64,000 nt of DNA from Paraspadella gotoi. Lineage: Eukaryota; Animalia; Chaetognatha. The notes under the pieces were generated by a model. That model was not told the origin of the DNA. It made no database searches and was given only the letters and a program-made list of their open reading frames with translations. Location: the NCBI GenBank assembly GCA_051294375.1, contig CM119271.1, positions 552,721-616,720 on the forward strand, in the 5' to 3' direction. The first letter of the stretch is position 1. Each line of letters starts with the position of its first letter. Below are positions 35,658-46,646 of this stretch, piece by piece. The position numbers and the translations under genes are program-made.

Positions 35658-38600
35658 TTAAAAAGAAAGAGAGATGACTATGAGAAAAGATGAAAATGAC
35701 TAAAAATGAGAAAATTAAGTAAATTAAGTAGATAAATGAATAGCCACACCCCCCGGACCTGCAACTCCCCAAGGCTTCGGTTCATTTCCTCCAAGACGTC
35801 GTCAAAATCATCCTTAGTGACGTAATTGTCGAGGAGCGCCAAGTCCGCCTTCAACGCCAGCTCCTTCTTCACCCACGACTTGTCGGCTTTGTAGTCTTGG
35901 AGATGCTTCACCTGATTGGGTCGGCTCGAGAGATTTTGGACTCAGTGGCGCAATAGGTTATCTCTGCCGGGGACGTTATCTCTTCTTAGATAACATTATA
36001 AGATAAGATAAGATAAGGGTGAGAATATTTAGCTCAGTCTATAATGACATTTCTCCCGAGTTCTACTTTTTGATCCAACAATTTGTTAGCGCGTTTGGTT
36101 GGTAACCGAAAGGTTTGTGGTTCGAGCCAACCCAGGGACGCTGTCATTTTGATTGAAATCATCCGATTAATTATGAAAAGCATAATACTATAATAAGCTT
36201 AAGTTTCAATCTTATCATTCTCAACAAAGTAAATTTCTATATTCATTGATATACCTGTTTTTTGAGCAGCTCGATCGCGGACCCGTATTCGGAAAAAGCG
36301 TCAGCGATTGACATCAGCAATTCATTCTGCCGGGCCAATTCTTCCTGATGAAGATTTTTGGATGTCGAATATTATGTATTTTTGAAAGTAAATTTGATTC
36401 TGCATAAGAATTCACTCGTTGGTGTTGTTCATAATCCAATATCTATTTCATTGCATAAGAAGAGGATATAGTAGTCAAGCTTGATGGGCTTACCTTTAGA
36501 GTCAAGTTTTAAGTCAGAACAGCTCCATCTTTCTCCACCTGCTTTTTCTCCTCAACCTTCTCCTCACCCTCTCCCTCTCTCAAATCTGTAGCTTCATTGA
36601 CAGCCACATAGGGGGACCCAATGATAAAAATGATATCAACAGCTTAAGGGGCTATCATCAAAGGAATTTGAATGGTGATAGTCATTAATTTTTTTTGCAT
36701 AGGAAATTAGCAAAACAATTTTATCTTAATTTTAATTTTAATTAATTTTATTATTTTAACAAAAATTTAATAATTATAAAAAAATTTAAATTAATCCTAC
36801 CTAAATATTTATAGTATCCATTATTTTATTTTTGCAACAGTAGATATTTTTTACTAAATTTTAAATTTTTATTTTTTATTGTACAAAGCTAAATATCAGG
36901 TTTAAGCCTCGTTGAACAAAGGCTTTACAAGAAACCTATATTTGAATTTTATATATACTTAAAAACAGAAAAATTAAACCTAAATTTTATTCTTATAAAA
37001 ATAAAGTTATAATAATTATTAATATTCATATTCATCCCTTAAAAATAATAATAAATTATATTGATTTCTAATTATAACAATTCAAAATTTAACAAAAGCT
37101 CAAAACTTTATTTTTATTTTATAATACTTTAAAAAGTTTTATTTTTATCTAATTAATAGAATCACTTGAAAAGAAAGTTTAAATAAAATCAGTCGATAAC
37201 TTAAATTTTTATACATTCCTAATTTTTTTTGTTTATAGTTTTTTATAATAAAAGCTGTAACGTTTTTTTTAAATGAGATCTTACCCTTTTCCAGAAAAAA
37301 AAATTGAAAACTTGAAAAAGATTTTTTTCTTATTGATTTTTTAAAAAAGATAAAGCAGCTAATCATCATTGTATTTTTTAATTATTTTTCAAAATTATTA
37401 TAGAAGAAAAAATCATATAGTCAGAACCAGCTTAATTTAAAAGATCAAACGTTATGCTTTCAGCATTTCCCCTCCTGGTCACTTGTTTCCCTTAAGCTCA
37501 TTTTATCTTCAACTCCATCTTTTTCCTCCACCTCTTCCTCCTCTCCTTGCTCACCTCATCCTCTTCCTCTCTCAAATCTGCAGCTTCATTGATAGCCACT
37601 TAAGCTCGTTCATCTTTAACTTCACCCTTTTCCTCCACCTCTTCCTCCTCCCCAAGCTCACCCTTCTCCTCATCCTCTTCCTCTTTCAAACCTGCAGCTT
37701 CATTGACAGCTCCTTTAGCACATTCATTTTAAACTCTACTTTTTTCCTCCTGCTCTTCCTAAATTAAACCTGCAGCTTCATCGACCGCTCCTTAAGCTCG
37801 GTCATATTCGACTCCATGTTTCTCTTCCTTCTCCCCTTGCTCACCCTTCTCATCCTTGTCCTCTCTTAAACCTGCAGCTTCATCGACAGCTCCTTAAGCT
37901 CGTTCATCTTTGATTCCATCTCCCGGATCTGATTGACTTCGTTCATCAAATCCGCAACCAAATCCATCATCCTCTTCATCTCCGCTTTGGCTGCCTTCAA
38001 CTCTCCCGCCATCCGATCCATTTTTCGGCCCATCGCCCCCATCTTCTTGGCCTTGGAGGGTTGATAATGGGAAGTTATGAAAAGCATAGCAATATGAATA
38101 TTCCAATAGCATAAGAAAAATAATGTTCCCACTGTGTTTGTAGTTAACCATGTTCAATTATTGTTTATTGTCCTCACCTTTAGCTGTCCTCACCAGATAA
38201 CCAATATCCTTTTTTTAAAATCTCTGTTGGAAGATTTATGCGTCTCTCTCTCTCTCTCTTTCAAATCAAGAGACAAGTACTAAATGAGAGTCACAGTCCG
38301 CACTCACATTCTCTCCCAACAACGCGTTCCAACCTGAGCGGTTAGAGCGGCGTTGGTCTTCGCCTGTAACATGGCGGCTTTAGCTTCGGCCCCAGCGGCA
38401 CCGGCACCTCCAAATGCTCCGTCGGCGCCGTCGAATCCGGCCAATTGACCCATGAGCGCCGCCTGTTCTAGTCCAAACATCTTTTCCGCCATCTCGTTCA
38501 TCTTTAAGGGGAGGGATAAGTTTGATTTAATTAATTATTTACCTATTTAAATTGTTATAACTAAAAAAAATTACAGATTTATTCAATAAATAGCTAGCTA

Positions 38601-41600
38601 AAGACAGGCTGAGGATTACATTCTTTTTATGAGATAACATCAGAGAAGCGGCAATCAAATTATGAAGATTTTCAAAAATCTAATTTATTAACAGCCCATT
38701 TTATATAAATAATGACTCCCCTTAAGTTGTTCAGCGACTCCTTCCCCATTAAGAGATTGAATCAGCTTTTGTAACGACTCCAAACCCGCGCCATCGCCTC
38801 CCGCTATTTGCTTCAGAAGATCGTTCAAGGTTTTTACATCCGAAGGGTTAAGAAGACCAATCTTGTCATTGATGGCTTGGATGTCAAGGTCCTGCAAAAA
38901 AATTTATTGAAATTATAAAAATATATTTATTATATTGTATAACCAATATAAAAACTATTTATTCAGTTAATAAATATATTAAAAAAACAGATCTTGTCCC
39001 CGACTTTGAACCGGCTATGGCAGGTTAAGGGCTCTATCCCAAGATAGCAGGACCCTGCAAGCTCGCAATCATAATTCTCCCACAATTCAGAATATTAACT
39101 CTAGCTTCCCTATCAATAAAGTAATGTTTTTATAAAGTTATAAACTGTCTTAGATTCTATAAAAAGACGTGTCCCTTAAGTACTAGATCGGAGAATACTA
39201 TATTGTACTCCGCCCTCACAGCAAAATACAAGGTGCTGACTATTATGAAATCGGTTCAACCAATGTAAAGAATATTCATTCATTCAATTCATATTAATTA
39301 AAAATTCGAATCAACTCTCCGAACGCTCGTAAAACTACACACCGACCTGCATCATATAAGTGATGGTCTTCTTAAACTTGAGCAAATTCTTCAGCTGCTC
39401 GTCGATAGCGTTCAGACGCGCCTCGTTGGCGCCGTGGAAGAGCGCCACCTTGCCCAGGATGTTGACGGACTTTTTGACGGGATCCACGGGCTCCTGGACT
39501 TCTTCCACCGTCGACGGAGGCGTCGACGAGACTGTCGATCTTTCCGCGCTGTCCGAATCCAAATCGAGTCGAGCCGATTGCCCGCCTTCGGACTGTCCGC
39601 CCACAGACTGTCCGCCTACCGACCGACCGACTTCCGACTGCCCGCCAACCGACTTGGCGCCTTCAGACCGGAAGTCCTCCGTCGTCTTCCTAGATTTTGG
39701 GTCCCCGCCCTTTTTTTCCGCCGGGGTGGATCTTTAATGCCGGAGGTGGGGTAGAACGGAGAAGGCGCGAAACAGAGACAACAGATAAACAAATTTGAGC
39801 AAACAATGTCGGATCTGCCTATGATAATTAAGTGGTAATCAGCTAATCCGATGATAAATCTCGATAATTCTTTCTGACTCTCAATTTATGATCTTAACAG
39901 ATTATAACAAATCATAACATAACAAATCATAACAGACTTCTTAATAAATCTAGGGCTAAATCAATTACTCAATTAATCTATCAATAAACAAGTAGCTGCA
40001 CCAAGAGCAACTTGAATAATTTGGTCAACTTGCAAAATCTGGTCAGCTTGCATAATTTGATCAACTTGATTATTTTGATCAACTGACATAATTTGAACAA
40101 CTTTCATAACTTCGTCAACTTTCATAATTTGGTTAACTGGCATAATTTGGTCAACTACCATAATTGGGTCAACTGCCATAATTTAGTCAACTGGCATAAT
40201 TTAGTCCATTGACATAATTGGGTCAACTGGCATAATTTGGTCAACTGGCATAATTTGGTCAACTTGCAAAATTTGGCCAACTTGCATAATTTGGTCAACT
40301 TGCATAATTTGGTCAACTTGCATAAATTGTTCATAATTTTGTCAACTGACATAATTTGGTTAACTTGCTTATTTTTGTAAACTCTGTCATAATTTTTACA
40401 ACTTAAATAATTTTTTCAAATTTTTTTAATAACAGATCATTAATAATAAATCATTACAAAAATATATCAATCAATCAGTCAATCAACTAAACAATTAGCT
40501 AATTAATAATTGTATCTGAGAGAAAGAGAGAGAGAGAGAATAAATTCAAATAAATGTGACTTTTGTTTTTTCCATTAAAACTCATTTTCACTTGAACGAT
40601 TTCATCGAAACTTTATATCTTGCTTAATCACACACTTTTTTACCCACACACAAAATTTTATCTCAATTAATCTATGCAATTCTGAATAAATAGTAGAATA
40701 GTAGAGTAATAATATGACAAAAAAATATAAGTGAATATGACCTTTGTTTTTTCCATTTAAACTCATTTCCTCTTGTACAATTCCATCAAAACTTTATATC
40801 CAGCTTGATCATACAATTTCCTACCCACTCACACAATTTCATTCTAATCCATCCATCCAATCACGAATAATTGGAGTTTAATGTAAGGGGGACGGACGGA
40901 CAAACGGACGGACGGACATAATTTTTTTTGCATAATTTATCATAATTCGACGTTCTGATATGATTTAAATAATTTACCGACAATATTTATGGGTGGGACC
41001 GACGGACCGGCAAAGTTTATTATAGAGTCGGAATCTGCGATAAGCAGATCCCACTAAAAAACGTTATAAAATGAAACAAAAAAACTAATCTTTTAAAATC
41101 TAACTTAAACGTTAACATAAAGCAGATGGGGGCTAATTTCGCGTTTAATGTAGATAAAATAATAGCTCATTATAAACAAAGTCGAATATTTATAAAATAA
41201 GAACTAAACAATCCTCATTCCTCAATTCTCTCACCTTTCTTCCTCTTTGAATCCCGTGGATTTTTTACTCTTTTCTCCTCCTCCTCCTCTTCCTCCATCC
41301 TGCTCTCCTCCTCCTCCTCCTCTGACCTCTTTGTTCCTCTCGTCAGCTTNNNNNNNNNNGCCGCCGCTCGGCTGCGAACGACGCATCAGCGTGCTGCGGC
41401 GCGCCTCTTGGATTCCGTTAAACTTTTCCAGGATGCGAGTCTTTCGTCGCTCAAGTCTGTCTTGTCTGTGGTTTTGGGTTAGGGAGAGGGGGAGGGAGAG
41501 AGAGAGGGAGGGAGGGTGAAAGAAGATAATTGAAAAGGAAAAAATAAGAAAAGAAAATAAGAAAAAGTGAAACAATTAGAAATTGAAAAAGTGAAACAAT

Positions 41601-42885
41601 TAGATATGGAAAAAGTGAAACAATTAGAAATGGAAAAAGTTTAAAAAATTAAAAATAGAAAAAGTGGAAAAATTAGAAATGGAAAAAGTGAAAAAAATGG
41701 CAAATGGAAAAAGTGAAAGAATTAGAAATGGAAAAAGTGAAACAATTAGAAATGGAAAAAGTGAAACAATTAGAAATAGAAAAGTGAAATAATTAGAAAT
41801 GGAAAAAGTGAAACAATTAAAAATGGAAAAGTGAAAAAAATCTAAAATGGAAAAAGTGAAACAATTAGAAATGGAAAAAATGAAACAATTAAAAATGGTA
41901 AAAGTAAAACAATTAGAAATGGAAAAAGTGAAACAATTATAAATGGAAAAAGTGAAACAATTAGAAATGGAAGAAGTGAAAAAAATTAAAAATGGAAACA
42001 GTGGAAAAATTATAAATGGAAAAAAAGAAAAAATATTAATGGAAATAGTGAAACAATTAGAAATAGAAAAAGTGAAACAGTTAGAAATTGAAACGTAAAA
42101 CAATTAGAAATGGAAAAGTGAAACAATTAGAATTGGAAAAGTTTAAAAATTAGAAATGGAAAAAGTGGAAAAATTAGAAATGGAAAAAGTGAAACAATTA
42201 GAAATTGAAAAAATTAGAAATGGAAAAAGTGGGAAAATTAAAAATGAAAAAATTAGAAATGGAAAAAGTGGAAAAATTAAAAGTGAAAAAATTAGAAATT
42301 GAAAAAGTGGGAAAATTAGAATTTATAAAATTAGAAATGGAAAAAGTGGAAAAACAAGAAAAGGTAGAAAAATTAAAAGGGGGAAATTGGAAAAATAATA
42401 AGGTAAAAAGTGATATATCATTAGAGGAAAGAAGAAGGAAAGCAAAAGGGACAAAATTAAATTAAATTAGATTAAATTAAATTAAAATTAATAAAAGAGA
42501 CGGGATATAAATAACTGGTCAAAGATGTGTAAGTGAATATTGACCCCGGCGTCGTTTTCCTCTTCTCCGCTCGCGCCAACCTCTCTGGATCCCTGACGTA
42601 AGCCTTTGCCCTCTCCAGTCCGTCGACGGCCTTCTTGAGGTGCGCCTCCGTCCCTCCTCGGTCGAAGTCGTGCATCGTGTCGCCCAACGCTTCCCACGTG
42701 AGGACGTGACCGTCACCAACCTAAGAGAAAATTCTTTTTTTGCTTTTTGTTTTGATTTAGTTCTTTGTTCATTTTGTCTGGACAGTGGACGCGGATGTTG
42801 GCAGGGAAGTTGACTTAACGAGGAAAGTGGACCCAACGACGGATGTTTGCAACATTCTGTCAAGCTTGTTGGGATTTCATTCTCT

Positions 42886-42925
<40 letters not shown>

Positions 42926-43250
42926 ATTTTATTCCTGGTCTCTATTTGTTTGTCCTCATTGGTAAAGCTCAGTCCAAATTTTGAAGTTTTGACCAGGTTT
43001 GTCATATATTGTCAAGATCTGTTCAGTGTTGTCGAGATTTGTCCAGATTTATTGAGATTTGCTTAGATTCCTTTTCTTAAAGTTGCCCGTCGACACCTGA
43101 TCAATGATGCCGCCCGCCATCTCGAACAGAGTATCGATGCCTTTCTTGTTTGCCTCCACCTGAAAGAGAAAGAGATAGTAGATAGAAATGGAGAAAAAAG
43201 AAAGATAGAACGAAAGAAAAATTGAAATAAAAAGAAAAAAGAAAGAAAAA

Positions 43251-43298
<48 letters not shown>

Positions 43299-46158
43299 AA
43301 ACAAGTTTGAACAAACAATGTCGGATCTGCCTACGATAATTAAGCGGTAATCAGCTAATCAGATGATAAATCACAATATTTTTTAAAATTTTGTTTAACT
43401 CGCATTATTTTTTCAACTCACATCATTTTTTCATTTTGCATCATTTTTACAATTCGCGTCATTTTTTCAACTTGTATCATTTTTTTAACTTGCATCATTT
43501 TTTCAACTTGCATCATTTTTTAAACTTGCATCATTTTTTCAAATTGCATCATTTTTTCATATTAATTAATTAATTAAAACATTTATTAGTAATCATAAAT
43601 AATAAAGATTCAAGTAAATGTGACTTATGTTTTTTCCATTTAAACTCATTTCCACTGGCACGATTCCGTCAAAACTTTATATCTAGCTTCACACACTTTT
43701 CTACCCACACACAAAATTTCATCTCAATATATTAATTCAATTATGATTAATTCGAGTAATTATGGGTTAAAATCAGTAAAAAGATTCAAGTAAATGTGAC
43801 TCATATTTTTTTAATTTAAACTCATTTCCACTTGCACGTTTCCATCGAAACTTTATATCAAGCTTCGTCACACACTTTCCTACCCACACACAAAATTTCA
43901 ACTCAATCTATCCATCCAATTATGATTAATTAGAGTAATTATTGGTTAAAATATGTAAAAATATTTTAGTAAATGCGACTTATGTTTTTTCCATTTAAAC
44001 TCATTTCCACTCGCACAATTCCATCGAAACTATCCAGCTTCATCACACACTTTCCTACCCACACACAAAATTTCATTCCAATCCAACTACCCAATCACGA
44101 GTTATTGGAGATTTTTGCTAAGGTGGGACGGATGGACGGACGGACGGACGGACATCATTTTTTTACATAATTTATCATAATTCGATATTCTGACATGATG
44201 TAAGTGATTGCCCGACAATATTGAGGGGGCGGACCAACGGACCGACAAAGTGAATTATAGAATCGGGATCTGCTGAAAGCTAAAAAGAAAGGGAGAGAGA
44301 CTTTTCTTCTTTTGTACACGGATCTCAAATGGGAGTGAAATGAAATGATCAAATACTGTGGCCAAATAATTTGTTATAGCAACTTCAGATTTTGCACCCT
44401 AGTAAAAAAATCGCTGACGTTTTTTATTTTCTAACTCCTATTAGTCCATCTTGCTTACTTTCTTAGTTATGGCATCAATGGCATCAATGGCATCAATGGC
44501 ATGATCGAATTTTTTTTTTATTTTAATATGAGCTGAGAAAAAAAAAAGGAAAATAATAATATGGCAAAAGCCTAACTAAACCTTGAAGTACAGGAAGGTC
44601 CAGCTCTTTTGGGACTAACTTAAAGAAATCGTTTGTAAAAAATTGTAATGACAACACAATCAAATAAAAAGATTCACCTTTCGCCACCATTACCTTCTCC
44701 AAAGATTCAGAGAAGGTAACATATACTTTTCCGACCGCCCCCATTGGGAATGCTATCATATTGTTGCTGTCAGAAAGTTGAAAGTTCTGGAGGGGGACTT
44801 TCTGCTTCTCTATCCTACATTTTCATTAATCAGGGGATTGCAGTCAGAAAAACTGCGCGAATTTTGACATGTTATGTAAAAAGCTTTATTTACAGTTGTT
44901 GCTGTTGGATTTTCCAGATGTTTTTGATATCAATTGAAAGATAATTTAGCCCCCTTGCTGCGGCTCCTGAAGCAGCGAACTCAAATACACGCACAAAAAT
45001 TGTATTTTTTGCTACTTTCATCGTCGTTTTATGCGTCACTTCTTTTGTCGTCGCTCTCACCGTCGCAACTGCTTCCTCCATCGTTCAAATTATCGTCGTC
45101 GTTTCTGTGGATCCCGATCCTGACGGAGGCTTAATTCTTTCTCTTGCTCAGATTCAGAATTTTATTGTTGTAAAAGTAGCATCGGGAAAAATGACCCTCA
45201 TCCCATACCCTAATCCCAACCCTAATCGATGGGGGCATCGATGTTTGAAAAGGCCAAAAATATTTTCATTTCACTCCCATTTGAAATCCGTGTAATTTTA
45301 GTTTTAATAGATATTAATATTAAATGACAAACCCTCCCCCCTTTTTCCCCCTCACCTGCTTTTTCAACTTGATGTATTCCCACAGATCCATTATGACGTC
45401 GCCGGGATTAGCGCCGGTGTCGATTCCAGCTTGAAACATCGCATTGGCACCGCGCTGGTCAACGCCGCCGTCACGAATGCCGGTGAAGTTCTTAAATTTG
45501 TGGGGGGTGAAATATAATTATAAAATGAGATTCAGTTATTTATTCTTATTTGCATATTGCAGCATTTGGGACTAGTTGTAATTTGGAATAATTTTCATTT
45601 TCATGTTCACTCATATTTACTAATTGAATTCTAGATTGCCTTGTCGTTATGTAGGGAGGCGATCATTTTTATATTAATAAAGGGGTTAACTGTATCACTT
45701 ACAGATAGAGGGAGAGGATTAAAAGGGTTGACTTTCCTGGTCCGTGACTGCCAGTCTGCCACCCGTCAAGTTGTCAACCTCGTCCGCTTTTAATGTCAAC
45801 TTGTTTTTTTTTCTCCCTCCCATTTACTCGAAAAAAAAACTACTTTTTTCGTGAAATATTTGTTTACCAGTTAGTCCTTTGGGGCCTTGGCCTTTTTTTT
45901 TTTGTTTTGCTTTTTACATTCTGTTATCTGTCCATTTTTAAAAAATTTTATCTTATTCTTTTTTACTATTTTAGTATTAGATTTAAAATTATTAGTAATA
46001 TCTATCACCTTTAAATTGACGAGAACGTTGTCCGCTCCCGCGTGCTGCATGAGTTGCTTCATGAAGGCGTACAGCATCCTCAAATTGACGCAAGATTCGT
46101 CCGGGTCTCCCAGCGCCAATTCCAACACTTCCCGCATGGGCATGTTGTCCGCCACCAT
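32422..46158 (-). CDS. QRICH2/C16orf96-like coiled-coil protein (DUF4795), roughly 18 exons
   Basis: N-terminal LELALGDPDESCVNLRMLYAFM (46158-46009); MDLWEYIKLKKQ|VEANKKGIDTL (45491-45356, 43159-); VLTWEAL (42720-); LQDYKADKSWVKKELALKAD (35911-); EEDAACLK; FHCISCDRP (~34830); PRKCGGESTT (~33640); DLR|GKSNIFYIG; Pro/Glu/Ala-rich tail to TAG at 32422. The motifs and their order match the recalled QRICH2 family. One exon contains a 10-N gap (41350-41359). Confidence 0.85.
34228..34450. repeat. Intronic tandem duplication (~120 bp x2)
   Basis: TAGAAAATGTTGTCGAATTTTCAATCCTTGCGGAA.GGTTTCAACATGCGTTTT at ~34228 and ~34350. Confidence 0.85.
35076..35297 (-). repeat. GC-rich, hairpin-rich interspersed repeat (family C)
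   Basis: Reverse complement aligns with 47281-47500 (TGGGATGGGGCATCTCACTGTTGGCTTTGG.GGCTTCCGACCCT.AGTGAC...CTCTGAGCCAAT...GTGAGGC.GTGTGAATATAC). Confidence 0.8.
35939..36140 (+). pseudogene. tRNA-Asn-derived pseudogene split by a 124-bp insertion in the D-loop
   Basis: 35939-35960 GACTCAGTGGCGCAATAGGTTA plus 36089-36140 GCGCGTTTGGTTGGTAACCGAAAGGTTTGTGGTTCGAGCCAACCCAGGGACG reassemble the conserved animal tRNA-Asn(GTT) sequence with a few substitutions; the anticodon now reads GGT. GTTA is duplicated at both insert ends. Confidence 0.8.
37488..37925 (-). repeat. ~100-115-bp minisatellite made from a QRICH2-like exon 3' end plus splice donor
   Basis: GAGCTTAAGGAGCTGTCGATGAAGCTGCAG|GTTT at the true exon end (~37870) recurs degenerately at ~37770, ~37690, ~37577 and ~37490; relic at ~36520-36610. 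Confidence 0.75.
39788..41060 (+). mobile_element. Full-length family A HINE-like element with an expanded 18-bp minisatellite (TTTGGTCAACTTGCATAA, ~40010-40410)
   Basis: Both ends present, two core repeats, (GGAC)n tract; lies in a QRICH2-like intron. Confidence 0.7.
41563..42380. repeat. 24-bp minisatellite (AAATGGAAAAAGTGAAACAATTAG)n, ~30 degenerate units
   Basis: Visible tandem periodicity within an intron; explains spurious ORFs 41624-42103 and 42205-42465. Confidence 0.9.
43299..44286 (+). mobile_element. Family A HINE-like element with 18-bp minisatellite and three ~175-bp core repeats
   Basis: 5' AACAAGTTTGAACAAACAATGTCGGATCTGCC; minisatellite 43391-43560; cores at ~43610, ~43785 and ~43965; (GGAC)n; partly deleted terminal hairpin. 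Confidence 0.7.
44317..45292. mobile_element. ~976-bp non-autonomous DNA transposon with ~28-bp TIRs, flanked by TA
   Basis: TA|CACGGATCTCAAATGGGAGTGAAATGAAA ... TTTCATTTCACTCCCATTTGAAATCCGTG|TA (one mismatch). The interior has no intact ORF. Confidence 0.8.
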
Positions 46159-46646
46159 TCTCGGCTACAGGCGATCCTCGGTGTTGAAGACCAAGTCGAG
46201 ATTTTCTACTGTACCGTGATAACAATAGTAAATTCTTTTCTTTCTACGATCTAACTTTTTTTTCCGATTTTCTGTTTTAAAATTAAACAAAAATTCGTTT
46301 TTCTCGGAGAAATAAGTTTGAGTTCTATTCTGCAAACGAGGGGAAAAACAACTCCAATCGATATATTATTTAATCGGATTTTTTTTAAACCTTTTTATGA
46401 TTTTAAATTTTGGTTCAAATTCGGGAAAAAAAGGATAACTTGGTTTTATTATCTTATTCTCGACAATTAGACGTCGCTTTTTCGTCCTATTTTTTCGTCA
46501 GACAATTAAGAGTTTATGGTATCGACAGAAATTGTATTTTAGCTCAGAGGTTTTCGAAATGAAAGAAATGAAAGAAATTTTATTTCATAATTACAAAATG
46601 GACGACACAAATTAGCAAATTATTGAATGATCATTCACATCTTTTT

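Noticed and set aside
39973-40352. Repetitive ORFs (VDQIMQ / CKLTKL), and HHFFNL ORFs at 7544 and 43391
   Set aside because: They arise from 18-bp minisatellites inside HINE-like elements; unit length divisible by 3 keeps frames open by chance.
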